Notes: generated by a model from the letters alone, not told the origin. A stretch of 64,000 bases of DNA from Paracoccaceae bacterium (GCA_047610385.1 JBLGAC010000008.1:23455-87454); one strand, 5' to 3'. Positions 52,104-62,505 are shown, counted from the first letter of the stretch. Translations and numbers: made by a program.

Positions 52104-53048
52104 ATGAGCCTATCCGTCGCCATCCAGATGGACCCCATCGCGGGGATCAACATCGATGCTGATTCCACCTTTCGCATGGCCGAGGAAGCGCAGGCCCGCG
52201 GCCATCGCCTGTTCTACTATCACCCTGACGATCTGGTGTTCGACCGCGGCCGCGTGCTGGCCAGCGGCTGGCCGCTGTCGGTGCGGCGGGTGAAGGGCGA
52301 TCATTTCAGCCTAGGTGACAAGCAGACCGTCGATCTGGCCGATTGGGATGTGGTGCTGCTGCGCCAAGATCCGCCTTTCGACATGTCCTATATCACCAAC
52401 ACCCATCTTCTGGAACGGATTCACCCCAAGACGCTGGTGGTGAACGACCCGTTCTGGGTGCGCAATTGCCCCGAAAAGCTGATGGTGCTGGATTTCCCGG
52501 ATCTGACCGCGCCCACCCTGATCTCCCGCAGTCTTACGGCCCTGCGCGGGTTCAAGGCGGAGCACGGCGACATCATTCTCAAGCCGCTTTACGGCAATGG
52601 CGGCGCGGGGGTGTTCCGGCTGACCTCGGACGACCGCAACCTGAATTCGCTGCATGAATTGTTCACCGGCATCAACCGGGAGCCGTTGATCGCGCAGAAA
52701 TTCCTGCCCGCCGTGTCCGAAGGCGACAAGCGCGTGATCCTGATCGACGGGGAACCGGTCGGCGCCATCAACCGTGTGCCCGCCGCTGGGGAAACCCGGT
52801 CCAACATGCATGTGGGCGGGCGGCCTGAGGCGAGCAAGCTGACCGCGCGTGAGCGTGAGATCTGCGCCGCCATCGGCCCGGTTTTGAAGGAACGCGGGTT
52901 GATCTTTGTTGGCATCGACGTGATCGGCGGTGTGATGACGGAAATCAACGTCACCTCACCCACCGGGATTCAGGAGCTGGAGCGGTTCGACAGCGTCAAC
53001 ATCACCGAGACGTTGTGGCTGGCGATTGAGGCGCGCCGCGCAGGCTGA
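52104..53048 (+). CDS. gshB: Glutathione synthetase
   Basis: [50 protein letters not shown]. Confidence 0.97.
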   Translation: MSLSVAIQMDPIAGINIDADSTFRMAEEAQARGHRLFYYHPDDLVFDRGRVLASGWPLSVRRVKGDHFSLGDKQTVDLADWDVVLLRQDPPFDMSYITNTHLLERIHPKTLVVNDPFWVRNCPEKLMVLDFPDLTAPTLISRSLTALRGFKAEHGDIILKPLYGNGGAGVFRLTSDDRNLNSLHELFTGINREPLIAQKFLPAVSEGDKRVILIDGEPVGAINRVPAAGETRSNMHVGGRPEASKLTAREREICAAIGPVLKERGLIFVGIDVIGGVMTEINVTSPTGIQELERFDSVNITETLWLAIEARRAG

Positions 53049-53065
53049 CCACGCCGCTGCGCATC

Positions 53066-53107
53066 AAAAAAAGACCCGCCGCGATCCGATCGCGGCGGGT
53101 CTTTTTT
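53066..53107. terminator. Bidirectional intrinsic terminator
   Basis: AAAAAAAGACCCGCCGCGAT-cc-GATCGCGGCGGGTCTTTTTT. Confidence 0.9.
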
Positions 53108-53166
53108 GGTGTGGGCCTTTTCACGGAATGCCTGCGGAGTGCCGCAGTTGCATCAGCCCGTCGGCG

Positions 53167-54612
53167 TCACTGCACGAGGCTTGCGCCCAGCACCGCTCCT
53201 GCGGTTTGACCGTCCGTCGGGGCCGTCTGGAACAAGTCATCATAGATTGAGGTGAGCGGCATGTTGCAGCCCGACAGATTCGACCCTCCGCCGAGCGTGA
53301 GCTTGCCCGAGGTTTCGATGTACATGCCACGCGCGTCCTTCAAACCGCCGCCTGGATCGAATCCCGGCGCGGCACCCATCAGGCCGGAGACGCTGGTGGC
53401 AGCATTGCCGCCACCGATGGACAAGTTATCTTCGGAAAAAAGGTAGACGCGGTAAAAACCGTCACCGCAAAGCTTCTCACTGTCGCCCAACGTCGCATTG
53501 CCAGTGAAGTTGAGGCTGCCTCTGCTGAAAAAGAAAATGTTGTCGAATTTTATGCCATTTCCGCCAGAAATGCCCATCTTCCCGTTTACGATGAAGGCTG
53601 AGTTCGAGATCTCGGTGCCACCAGTGAATTGCACGCCATGGTCGACAAGATAGATGTAATTTTCCCTCAGGTGGGAATTCTCTACGTTCCACGAGCCCAT
53701 GTTGACACGCTGGATACGGGCGCCAATGAGGTGGGGGGGCAGAAGGGCGAGCTGCTCTTGGGTTTCATTGTCGCCCCATATCTTGCCCGCATTGTTCACC
53801 GTCGTAAAAATCAAGTCGAACAGGCCACCGGTAATTTCGGGCAGCAGCTTTGGTTCGATGATCGCTTCGACCACGACGTCCTCTTCCACGCCGCAAGCCA
53901 GCGGGCTGATGCGGTTGAGGTCAGCATCGGGGGAGATGATGTGAGAGCCGACTTCGAAGCAGTTGTTGCCGGTGACATTCACGCCCAAATCCGCATAGAG
54001 GCAGACGCCGGGGCCAAAATTGCTGTTGCCGCCGGTTTTGAGCTCTCTGCTGAGCTCTCCCGAGGTCATGATCATGACGCTGGGGCACGCGGTGAGATGA
54101 TTGACCGGGGGCGGCGCGGCGCGGCCTGAGGTCTGGGCGGTCGCGGCGGCGCCCACTTCCCAAACGCTGGGACCTATCAGGCGCAGCAGATAGGTCGGCA
54201 CCGCATTGCCGCGGTCGGAGGAACGTCCAGCGACGATCCGCACCATTTCGGCGGGCTCGCTATCTGCGGCTTCGATAAAGGCACCGGTGTCGGCGTCGAG
54301 CATGCCGAACCGTATGTCGGACACGTTGATCACGGCGCCGTGCTCTGATGGGGGCATGTTGCGCTCAGCCAGCGACACGGCGGCGGTGCGTGCTGCGGCG
54401 CGGTCGTCGATCTGCATCACTGCGGCCAGTGCCGAAGCATCGGCCACCGATTGCAGGCGTGATTTCATGTTGAAGGCATTCGCGGCATCGACGGCGACGC
54501 CGCCAAGCGCAAGGCAACCGATGAACCACATGGCCGACCATGCAGCGGCCGCGCCGCTTTCGTCACGCGCAACTGCGCCGATTGCAGAGATTGACCTGAA
54601 TACGCGGGTCAT
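53167..54612 (-). CDS. TadG-like Flp pilus minor pilin/adhesin with a large C-terminal domain
   Basis: RDESG prepilin-like site, GGVAVD...RLQSVADASALAA, then NAVPTYLLRLIG; Gly/Asn/Ser-rich C-terminal half. Confidence 0.82.
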   Translation of the reverse strand: MTRVFRSISAIGAVARDESGAAAAWSAMWFIGCLALGGVAVDAANAFNMKSRLQSVADASALAAVMQIDDRAAARTAAVSLAERNMPPSEHGAVINVSDIRFGMLDADTGAFIEAADSEPAEMVRIVAGRSSDRGNAVPTYLLRLIGPSVWEVGAAATAQTSGRAAPPPVNHLTACPSVMIMTSGELSRELKTGGNSNFGPGVCLYADLGVNVTGNNCFEVGSHIISPDADLNRISPLACGVEEDVVVEAIIEPKLLPEITGGLFDLIFTTVNNAGKIWGDNETQEQLALLPPHLIGARIQRVNMGSWNVENSHLRENYIYLVDHGVQFTGGTEISNSAFIVNGKMGISGGNGIKFDNIFFFSRGSLNFTGNATLGDSEKLCGDGFYRVYLFSEDNLSIGGGNAATSVSGLMGAAPGFDPGGGLKDARGMYIETSGKLTLGGGSNLSGCNMPLTSIYDDLFQTAPTDGQTAGAVLGASLVQ

Positions 54613-54625
54613 TTCAAACGCCTTC

Positions 54626-55033
54626 CTATGATGCAGCAGGTGGCTGGACCTCCATGACCATGGTCATGTCTGCCTTAATCTCTCGGTCCCCCAGAAACCC
54701 TCTTCCGAACACGATGGCCTCGGAGAAGGGTGCCTTGACCCGGGTCGTCACAAATCCGTCCAGCACGACCACCTCGACGTTGAGCGTCGTGCCGTTTGTC
54801 AGTGCAGTCTGCGCCCAAGTTTGCGCTTCGACATTGGTCATGCGGCCCAAAGACACCAGCCGTGACGCGTCGCGCGCGACGTCAAACATCCGCGCTTGCA
54901 TGTTCAGTAGCAGCGATACGTCCGCAATGACACCGAGGAGGATAATGAAAACCGGCAGCCAAATCACAAAATCTATCGTTGCGTTGCCGTTTTCGCGGCG
55001 CAGCGTAGATCTGACATTCCTCCAGAGTGTCAT
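54626..55033 (-). CDS. TadE/TadG family pseudopilin
   Basis: RRENGNATIDFVIWLPVF...DVARDASRLVSLG. Confidence 0.85.
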   Translation of the reverse strand: MTLWRNVRSTLRRENGNATIDFVIWLPVFIILLGVIADVSLLLNMQARMFDVARDASRLVSLGRMTNVEAQTWAQTALTNGTTLNVEVVVLDGFVTTRVKAPFSEAIVFGRGFLGDREIKADMTMVMEVQPPAAS

Positions 55034-55198
55034 AGCGAAAACAAGCCTGTCACATGCGCCGGACGCCCGGCGGCGGGTACGAAGCGGTGGGACGACGTTC
55101 AGACCCGCCCGCGTTACGTATCCTTATTGCCCATGCCCTCACGTCGGGCAACGGTTTGCTTATAATTTTCCCTCAATTGGGCCATTAAGTGACCTCCA

Positions 55199-55217
55199 TG
55201 AACCGAAATTTAACCAT
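55199..55217. promoter_or_regulatory. CtrA-like box 1
   Basis: TGAA-N7-TTAACCAT (one mismatch to TTAA-N7-TTAAC). Confidence 0.6.
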
Positions 55218-55316
55218 TTTTCCAAAAAAACAACCAGCGATTGACGACGCATTGGATTAAATGCAGCGCCTTGGGCATCGGCGGCATGGGATGGCGCGAA
55301 TCGCACCGTTTCTGTT

Positions 55317-55332
55317 GTTAACGATTCATAAA
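55317..55332. promoter_or_regulatory. CtrA-like box 2 with an internal GANTC site
   Basis: Reverse strand TTTA-N7-TTAAC; GATTC at 55323-55327 lies in the spacer. Confidence 0.6.
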
Positions 55333-55379
55333 CCTTAATTCAGCGAAGATCTTCCAATGTCTCAGCGAAAGGGTTTCCC

Positions 55380-56891
55380 ATGACGTCGCGCTGCTGGTCG
55401 GTTGCGTTCCATGGTTTGGACCCGCGCCCTGTGGACGTTCAATGCCAACTTACCGAAGGGTCGCCCGGTTTCGCAATTGTCGGGCTGCCGGACAAGGCGG
55501 TGGCGGAATCGCGCGAACGGGTGCGCGCCGCGCTGTCGGCGCTGGGCCTGTCGTTGCCTAGCAAGCGGGTCGTCATCAACCTCGCCCCTGCGGATCTTCC
55601 CAAAGAAGGCGCGCATTTCGACCTGCCGATCGCGCTGGCGCTGATGGCTGAATTGGGTGCGATCCCCGGCGATGAAACCGCCAATTGCGTCGCCATGGGG
55701 GAATTGTCGCTTGATGGTCAGATCGTGGCGGTCAGCGGTGCGCTGCTGGGCGCGCTGTCGGCCGCAAGCGAAGGGCGCGTGTTCGTCTGCCCCGCCGCCT
55801 GCGGGCCTGAGGCCGCGTTGGTCGACGGCGTTGAGGTGTTGGCCCCGCCGTCGCTGGTCGCGCTGGTCAACCATTTCAGTGGCCGCCATCCCTTGCTGCC
55901 CCCCGCCCCGGCTGAGGCATGGGATGAGCCGCCCGAAGAAGACCTGGCCGATGTCAAAGGTCAGGAAAAGGCGCGCAGGGCCCTGGAGATCGCCGCCGCG
56001 GGGGGCCACAATCTGCTGTTCGTCGGCCCGCCGGGTGTCGGGAAATCCATGCTGGCCCGCGCTTTGCCCGGCATCCTGCCGCCGCTTTCCGCGCGTGAGG
56101 CGCTGGAGGTGTCGATGATGCGCTCCCTCAGCGGCAAGTTCGTCGAAGGGCGGTTGGCCCGGCGGCGTCCGTTTGAAAAGCCGCACCACACGGCGTCCGT
56201 CGCTGCGGTCATCGGGGGGGGGCGCTGGGCCAAGCCCGGGGATCTGTGCATGGCCCATCGCGGGGTGTTGTTCCTGGATGAGATGGCCGAATTCGCGCGC
56301 CCGGTGCTGGAAAGCCTGCGCCAGCCGCTGGAATCGGGCGAATGCGTGATTTCACGCGCCAACGCTCATGTGCGCTATCCCAGCCGCGTGCAGCTGATCG
56401 GTGCCATGAACCCGTGCCGCTGCGGGCATCTGGCGGACGCGGCCAGGGCATGTTCGCGCGCACCAAAATGCGGCGAGGAATATCTGTCGCGCCTGTCGGG
56501 CCCGCTGCTGGACCGGATCGATCTGCAGGTTGAAACCCCGCGGATCAGCGCGTCGCAACTGGCCCGCCTGCCGCAGGGGGAGCCAAGCGCCGCTGTCGCC
56601 GAACGCGTCGCTGCTGCGCGCGATGTGCAGGCCGCGCGCTGGGCGGATCGTGAGGATGGGTTCCTCAACGCCCATGCTGACGGCCGGATGCTGGACGCCG
56701 CCGCGGCGATGGACACGGACACCCGCGATCTTTTGGGGCGCGCGGCGGACAAGCTGGACCTGTCGGCGCGGGGCCTGACGCGGGTGATCCGTCTGGCGCG
56801 CACCATCGCTGATCTGAGCGGAGAGCCCTGCGTGACCCGCCCCCACATCGCCGAAGCGGCGGGGTATCGCGGCGCGCTGAGCAAGTGGTGA
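55380..56891 (+). CDS. comM: YifB/ComM family Mg-chelatase-like AAA+ ATPase
   Basis: IVGLPDKAVAESRERV, INLAPADLPKEG, GPPGVGKS, LFLDEMAEF, AMNPCRCG, LSGPLLDRID. Confidence 0.9.
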   Translation: MTSRCWSVAFHGLDPRPVDVQCQLTEGSPGFAIVGLPDKAVAESRERVRAALSALGLSLPSKRVVINLAPADLPKEGAHFDLPIALALMAELGAIPGDETANCVAMGELSLDGQIVAVSGALLGALSAASEGRVFVCPAACGPEAALVDGVEVLAPPSLVALVNHFSGRHPLLPPAPAEAWDEPPEEDLADVKGQEKARRALEIAAAGGHNLLFVGPPGVGKSMLARALPGILPPLSAREALEVSMMRSLSGKFVEGRLARRRPFEKPHHTASVAAVIGGGRWAKPGDLCMAHRGVLFLDEMAEFARPVLESLRQPLESGECVISRANAHVRYPSRVQLIGAMNPCRCGHLADAARACSRAPKCGEEYLSRLSGPLLDRIDLQVETPRISASQLARLPQGEPSAAVAERVAAARDVQAARWADREDGFLNAHADGRMLDAAAAMDTDTRDLLGRAADKLDLSARGLTRVIRLARTIADLSGEPCVTRPHIAEAAGYRGALSKW

Positions 56892-57002
56892 CGACACGAT
56901 TGTTTTCAATTCGTAAACGTTCATGTATCAGTCACCCATGCGTTTGTCAGGGGCTGCATTTTGGTTGCAGACGCCGCGAACGTGGCCTTGAGGGGAGATC
57001 GC

Positions 57003-57695
57003 ATGCAACGTTCACTATTGCTCGCAGGCGCCGCGGCGCTTGCCATCGGTGCCATGGGCGCCGACCGCGCGTCGGCTGCGATCATGCTGGCCGAACTCGG
57101 CTCCAGCACGGCGCTGGGAAATCTTGACGCAGGGTCGCTCGCCGACAGCGTCGCGACGAGCGCCACAATCAAGAAATTCGACATTCTGTATACGAACGCG
57201 CTTGGCGACACCTCAGGCGGGTACGATATCAGCGGCGAATGGACCTTCGATTTCCAGGTAAGCGATGTGTTGGAAGTCGGCGGCGGCGAGGGGATCTCGT
57301 TTTCGTTCTCGGCAGCCGTGACAGGGAGCTCCAGCCCCGGCGCGTCGGTCTACTATCGGGTCGGCTCGTATCAGGTCGACGCGGAGCTGTCGGACGGCGA
57401 CCGTATCGCGACCGTGACCTTCACCACCCGGGCAGTCGGTGGCGCGCCCGATGATGACGCCGCCGATGTCGCGCTGACGGGCGCCGAGACCTCTCCGTTC
57501 GTTGTCGCTGATCCCGGACTCGGGAATTTTGCAGGCGTTGGCGGGTTTGACTCCTTGAATGTCTATGACGCCATCAACAACAACTTGGCGACGTCCGTCG
57601 GCTATGACCTTCAGACCGACGTGCCGTTGCCTGCATCCGCGCTTTTGCTGTTCGGCGGACTTGCCGGGCTGGCGGGTCTGCGCCGCCGGGGCTGA
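57003..57695 (+). CDS. Secreted VPLPA-CTERM sorting-domain protein 4
   Basis: GGGGAG RBS; signal [25 protein letters not shown]; C-terminus [24 protein letters not shown]. Confidence 0.9.
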   Translation: MQRSLLLAGAAALAIGAMGADRASAAIMLAELGSSTALGNLDAGSLADSVATSATIKKFDILYTNALGDTSGGYDISGEWTFDFQVSDVLEVGGGEGISFSFSAAVTGSSSPGASVYYRVGSYQVDAELSDGDRIATVTFTTRAVGGAPDDDAADVALTGAETSPFVVADPGLGNFAGVGGFDSLNVYDAINNNLATSVGYDLQTDVPLPASALLLFGGLAGLAGLRRRG

Positions 57696-57784
57696 CACCC
57701 CCCCATGACCGCCGCGCCCCCTTTGACCGCTCCGCGCCCCGTGCTACCGCTTCGGCGGTTGCAAACGGGCGCGGGGCGAATGCG

Positions 57785-60472
57785 GTGAGCGATACTGAAC
57801 AGCAGGGCGTCACGCCCATGATGGCGCAATACCTGGCATTGAAGGCCGGGCATCCGGACGCGCTGCTGTTCTACCGCATGGGCGATTTTTATGAGCTGTT
57901 TTTTGATGATGCGCGCCAAGCGTCCGCCGCCCTCGACATCGCGCTGACCAAGCGCGGCAAGCATCTGGGCGAGGACATCGCCATGTGCGGCGTCCCCCAG
58001 CATTCCGCTGAGGGGTATCTGTCCACCCTCATCCGCAAGGGCTTTCGCGTCGCGGTGTGTGAGCAGATGGAAGACCCCGCTGAGGCCAAGAAACGCGGCT
58101 ACAAATCAGTGGTAAAGCGCGACGTGGTGCGGCTGGTGACCCCCGGCACGTTGACTGAGGATGCGCATCTCGACGCCCGCTCCCACAACTATCTGGCGGC
58201 ATGGGCTGAATTGCGCGGGATCGGGGCGGTGGCCTGGATCGACGTGTCCACCGGGGATCTGTCGGTGGCGGCGTGCCCACGCCCCGCCCTCGGCCCCCTG
58301 TTGGCGCGGCTGGCCCCGGCTGAGGTGCTGGCGGCTGAAACCCTCGAAGACGACCAGTCCCTGCGCGACCGCGTTGAGGAATCGGGCGCTGTGCTGACCC
58401 ACATCGCCCGCGCATCGTTTGACAGTGACGGCGCGAGCGCACGCCTGCGCGATCTGTTCGGGGTGCGAGAGCTGGACGCGTTCGGCGCCTTCACCCGCGC
58501 GCAGCTTGCTGCATTGGGTGCCATCGCCGCGTATCTTGAAATCACGCAGCGCGGCCGCCTGCCCATGGTCAAACCCCCACGTATTGAGGCCCCCGGCGGT
58601 GCCATGCGCATCGACGCCGCCACCCGGCGCAATCTGGAACTGACGCGGGCGATGAATGGCGGGCGCGCTGGTGCGCTGCTGGCCGCCGTTGACCGCACCG
58701 TCACCGCGGCGGGCGCACGGTTGCTGGAGGTGCGTCTGTCGGCCCCATCCACCGACCGCCATGAAATCGCCGGGCGGCTGGATGCGGTACAAGCGCTGGT
58801 CGATGATCGCAGGCTGGCCGAAGATTTGCGGACCACCCTGCGCGCCGCGCCTGAGATGGAGCGCGCGTTGTCGCGCCTTGCGCTGGACCGGGGCGGGCCG
58901 CGGGACATGACCGCTTTGCGCGATGCGCTGGGCCGGGCTGGCGATCTGGCGGGGCTGTTGGACGGACGCGATCTGCCGCCCCGGCTGGCCGATGCCGCTG
59001 CGGCGCTGACTGGCCATGACGCGCTGTCGGGCCTGCTGGAAACCTCGCTGGTGGCTGAGCCGCCCCTGATGCTGCGCGATGGCGGCGTGATCGCGCCCGG
59101 CGTGGATGACGCGCTGGATGACACGCGCAAGCTGCGCAACGAAGGCCGCGGGGTGATCGCCGGCCTACAGACGAAATACGCCGCTGAGACCGGGATTACC
59201 GCCCTGCGCATCAAGCACAACAACGTGCTGGGCTATTTCATCGAGACCTCTGCCGTGCATGCGCAGAAAATGATGGCCCCGCCCTTGTCCGAAGGGTTCA
59301 TCCACCGCCAGACGCTGGCCAGTGCCGTGCGCTTCACCACCGTCGAATTGTCGGGGCTTGAGACGCGGATCCTTAATTCCGGGGCCCATGCGGCTGAGAT
59401 CGAGGCGCGGATCTTTGGCGAACTGCGCGCCGCGATTCTGGCCCAAGCCGTGCCACTGGGCCGCTGTGCCAAGGCGATGGCCGAACTGGACCTGACCGCG
59501 GCGTTCGCGGACCTGGCCGCGCTGGAAAGCTGGACCCGGCCTGAGATTTCCGATGACCGCGCCTTTTGCATCGAAGGTGGGCGCCACCCGGTGGTCGAAC
59601 AGGCGCTGCGGCGCATGGGCAACGGGCCGTTCGTGGCCAATGATTGCGACCTGAGCGCCGATGGCGATGCTGCGCGCCCCTGCTGGCTGCTGACTGGCCC
59701 GAACATGGCCGGTAAATCGACATTCCTGCGCCAGAACGCCCTGATCGCAGTGTTGGCGCAGGCTGGTGGCTTTGTGCCTGCCGCGCGTGCGCGGATCGGC
59801 ATCGTGGACCAATTGTTCAGCCGCGTCGGCGCCGCTGATGATCTGGCACGCGGGCGATCCACCTTTATGGTTGAGATGGTGGAGACCGCGGCCATTCTTA
59901 ATCAGGCGGGGCCGGGCGCGCTGGTGATCCTCGATGAAATTGGGCGCGGCACGGCGACGTATGACGGGCTGTCGATTGCTTGGGCGACGCTTGAGCACCT
60001 GCACGACATGAACCGCTGCCGCACGCTGTTTGCCACGCATTACCATGAACTGACGGCGCTGAGCGACCGGCTGACCGGCCTCAAGAACGCGACCATGGCC
60101 GTGCGCGAATGGGAAGGTGACGTGATCTTCCTGCACGAAGTGCGCGCCGGCGCTGCGGATCGGTCCTATGGCGTGCAGGTCGCCAAGCTGGCGGGCCTGC
60201 CTGAGGCGGTGGTGGCGCGCGCGCGTGATGTGCTCGACGCGCTGGAAAAGGGTGAGCGCGAGGGCGGCGGCAAACCCAAGGCGCTGATTGATGATCTGCC
60301 ACTTTTCGCCGCCGCGCCGCCGCGTCCGGCAGCGCGCCCCGCAGCGCCACCATCGGCGGCGATTGAGCGGCTGACCAGCCTCATCCCCGATGATCTGTCG
60401 CCGCGTGAGGCCTTGGAGATCCTTTACGAACTGCGCGCCGCCGCACTGGCTGAGAGGGCACCGGATCGGTGA
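57785..60472 (+). CDS. mutS: DNA mismatch repair protein MutS
   Basis: [50 protein letters not shown]. Confidence 0.98.
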   Translation: MSDTEQQGVTPMMAQYLALKAGHPDALLFYRMGDFYELFFDDARQASAALDIALTKRGKHLGEDIAMCGVPQHSAEGYLSTLIRKGFRVAVCEQMEDPAEAKKRGYKSVVKRDVVRLVTPGTLTEDAHLDARSHNYLAAWAELRGIGAVAWIDVSTGDLSVAACPRPALGPLLARLAPAEVLAAETLEDDQSLRDRVEESGAVLTHIARASFDSDGASARLRDLFGVRELDAFGAFTRAQLAALGAIAAYLEITQRGRLPMVKPPRIEAPGGAMRIDAATRRNLELTRAMNGGRAGALLAAVDRTVTAAGARLLEVRLSAPSTDRHEIAGRLDAVQALVDDRRLAEDLRTTLRAAPEMERALSRLALDRGGPRDMTALRDALGRAGDLAGLLDGRDLPPRLADAAAALTGHDALSGLLETSLVAEPPLMLRDGGVIAPGVDDALDDTRKLRNEGRGVIAGLQTKYAAETGITALRIKHNNVLGYFIETSAVHAQKMMAPPLSEGFIHRQTLASAVRFTTVELSGLETRILNSGAHAAEIEARIFGELRAAILAQAVPLGRCAKAMAELDLTAAFADLAALESWTRPEISDDRAFCIEGGRHPVVEQALRRMGNGPFVANDCDLSADGDAARPCWLLTGPNMAGKSTFLRQNALIAVLAQAGGFVPAARARIGIVDQLFSRVGAADDLARGRSTFMVEMVETAAILNQAGPGALVILDEIGRGTATYDGLSIAWATLEHLHDMNRCRTLFATHYHELTALSDRLTGLKNATMAVREWEGDVIFLHEVRAGAADRSYGVQVAKLAGLPEAVVARARDVLDALEKGEREGGGKPKALIDDLPLFAAAPPRPAARPAAPPSAAIERLTSLIPDDLSPREALEILYELRAAALAERAPDR

Positions 60473-60592
60473 AAATACGTTTCTGAACTGCGGAAAACCC
60501 CGTGAAAGGCTTACGCCGCCTTGACATGAGCGTGCCGTGATGCGTTTTGATTATGTGCGAACGAACATGTCCGACAGTGGAGGATTTAGGCT

Positions 60593-60868
60593 GTGAAGAA
60601 GGATGAACTCGTGACGGCGCTGGCGGAAGCCAGCGGTCAGACCAAGGCAAGCGTGGCTGCGGTGCTGGGCGCCCTTCCGGGCGTCGCTGAGGCTGCGCTG
60701 AAAGAAGGTAAGTCAGTGACCGTCGGCGGGCTTGGTAAGCTGGACGCTGCTGAGCGTGCGGCCCGCGAAGTGCGCAACCCGCGCACCGGCGAAAAAAGCA
60801 TGGCCGAGGCCCACATGGCACCGCGGTTCAAGTTTGCCGCGCCGTTCAAGGCCGCCATTCGCGCCTGA
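60593..60868 (+). CDS. HU/IHF family DNA-binding protein (divergent)
   Basis: MKKDELV...RAAREVRNPRTGE...PRFK; GGAGG RBS, GTG start. Confidence 0.88.
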   Translation: MKKDELVTALAEASGQTKASVAAVLGALPGVAEAALKEGKSVTVGGLGKLDAAERAAREVRNPRTGEKSMAEAHMAPRFKFAAPFKAAIRA

Positions 60869-61135
60869 CGACGCCGCGGCTTCGGCGTCTGCCCCATCTC
60901 GGGGCGGCGTCGGGGCCGCAGCTCCGCCCCAACGGGGGGGTGCGCGTCGGGGGGAGGGGAGGCCTGCCGACGCGATGCTGATCTGGCACCAGCCTGATCC
61001 GCCTCAGAACAAGCCCGGCGCGGCCCATCGGCCCCGGCATTCCATATTTTTACATTACATAATCCTCGCACCGCGCGCCTGGCGGCAGCCCGGCGTTTTC
61101 GCGTGCGTGCGGCGACGCGAAACCCCCGAAACGCA

Positions 61136-61161
61136 AAACGGCCCCGCGAAGGGGGCCGTTT
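61136..61161. terminator. Hairpin downstream of tRNA-Val
   Basis: AAACGGCCCC-6nt-GGGGCCGTTT. Confidence 0.7.
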
Positions 61162-61200
61162 ATGCGCCGGGACCATTCGTCAGGTCCGGCGAGGGGTAAG

Positions 61201-61275
61201 TGGTGGGCACGACTGGGATTGAACCAGTGACCCCCTCGATGTCAACGAGGTGCTCTCCCGCTGAGCTACGCGCCC
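61201..61275 (-). tRNA. tRNA-Val (GAC)
   Basis: GGGCGCGTAGCTCAGCGGGAGAGCACCTCGTT-GAC-ATCGAGGGGGTCACTGGTTCAATCCCAGTCGTGCCCACCA; full cloverleaf with encoded CCA. Confidence 0.97.
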
Positions 61276-61368
61276 CTTGTGAGCGGTTGGATATAAGCGG
61301 GCCGAGGCGGCGTCAAGGGCTGATCGTCGGGTTTGCGCGATCAGCCGCCAAGGCGGCCTGTGGCTGGC

Positions 61369-61605
61369 TCAGAACGCTTTGAAGGTCAGGGTGGTGAACG
61401 TGCGCTCAAGGCCCTTGATGGCGTGCAGATGCTCATTCACGAAATGGCCAATGTCCACGTCGTCCTCGACATAAAACTTGGCCAGAAGGTCCCATTCGCC
61501 AGAGGTTGAATAGATCTCGGACGCCACCTCGCGCTGCGCGAGATCGCCCGCCACGTCATAGGCGCGGCCAAGCGCGGTCTGGATCTGCACGAAAAAGCAC
61601 TGCAT
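61369..61605 (-). CDS. Stand-alone Lrp/AsnC ligand-binding domain protein
   Basis: EIYSTSGEWDLLAKF...IKGLERTFT; no HTH. Confidence 0.82.
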   Translation of the reverse strand: MQCFFVQIQTALGRAYDVAGDLAQREVASEIYSTSGEWDLLAKFYVEDDVDIGHFVNEHLHAIKGLERTFTTLTFKAF

Positions 61606-61629
61606 GGGATGGGTCCTTTCAGCGGCGGG

Positions 61630-62505
61630 TCACAGCCCGCCCAAAAGCGCCTCGATCAACGCGCTTTCGGGGCGCGACAGCCCCTCAATCACGTCGAAAT
61701 GATGCCGCCCGGGGGCCACCGCGGACGTGGTGACGGCGCCCAGGCCAGTCCACACATTGGCGATCAGCGCGGATTGGCGGATGAATTCAGGACGCTCGTC
61801 GCCGCCCACCCACGCGATCAACCGCGCACCCGGCACCGGGCGCAGTTGCGTGGGGCTTTCGGCATGGGCGCTGGCATCGGTCAGGCGCAAGGTCTGGTTC
61901 ATGGCGGTGCGCAGCAGCGGGCGCAGGTCGTGCACGCCCGAAATCGACACAGTGCGGGCGATGCGGGCGCGCAAAGGCGGCGGCAGGGCCACGTCCTCGC
62001 ACAGCATGCGGCACACCAGATGCCCGCCCGCGGAATGGCCGGACAGCGCGATGGGGCCGGGCACCGCGTCGGCGGCAATGGCCAGAAACCGCGCGATGGC
62101 GTCGGTGATCTCAGCGATGGAGGCGTCGGGCGCCAGCCGATAGCTCGGCATCGCCACAGCCCAGCCCCGCGCCACGGCACCAGCGGCCAGATGCGACCAG
62201 TTGGATTTGTCGAAGGCCATCCAGTAGCCACCATGAACAAAAACCATCAGCCCGCGCGGCGCGCCGTCAGGCAGAAACAGATCGAACGCTTCGCGCGGGC
62301 CGGGCCCATAGGGCTGGTCCAGATGCGCGCGCCCTGCCGCCGACATTGCGGCGCGAAAGGCCGGGGCGTCGCGGTCCCACCCCGCGATCACCGCACCCGC
62401 ATCGGGGATATGGGCGCGGTTGGCATAGGCGTCGTCCCAATCAAGGACAGGCACCGCCGCCGCCTTGCGGGCGGCGGCGGTGCGATGGGCCGGGCGCAGG
62501 GTCAT
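61630..62505 (-). CDS. Alpha/beta hydrolase (arylformamidase-like)
   Basis: VFVHGGYW, GHSAGGHL, HHFDV; start uncertain. Confidence 0.85.
   Translation of the reverse strand: MTLRPAHRTAAARKAAAVPVLDWDDAYANRAHIPDAGAVIAGWDRDAPAFRAAMSAAGRAHLDQPYGPGPREAFDLFLPDGAPRGLMVFVHGGYWMAFDKSNWSHLAAGAVARGWAVAMPSYRLAPDASIAEITDAIARFLAIAADAVPGPIALSGHSAGGHLVCRMLCEDVALPPPLRARIARTVSISGVHDLRPLLRTAMNQTLRLTDASAHAESPTQLRPVPGARLIAWVGGDERPEFIRQSALIANVWTGLGAVTTSAVAPGRHHFDVIEGLSRPESALIEALLGGL

Noticed and set aside
61040-61165. AT-rich patch (TATTTTTACATTACATAAT) plus hairpin as a possible sRNA between HU and tRNA-Val
   Set aside because: No properly spaced -35 element, and the hairpin is adequately explained as the tRNA terminator.
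61201-61230. tRNA-Val 3' end as an attachment site for an island
   Set aside because: No second copy of the 3' end and no integrase were found in the window.
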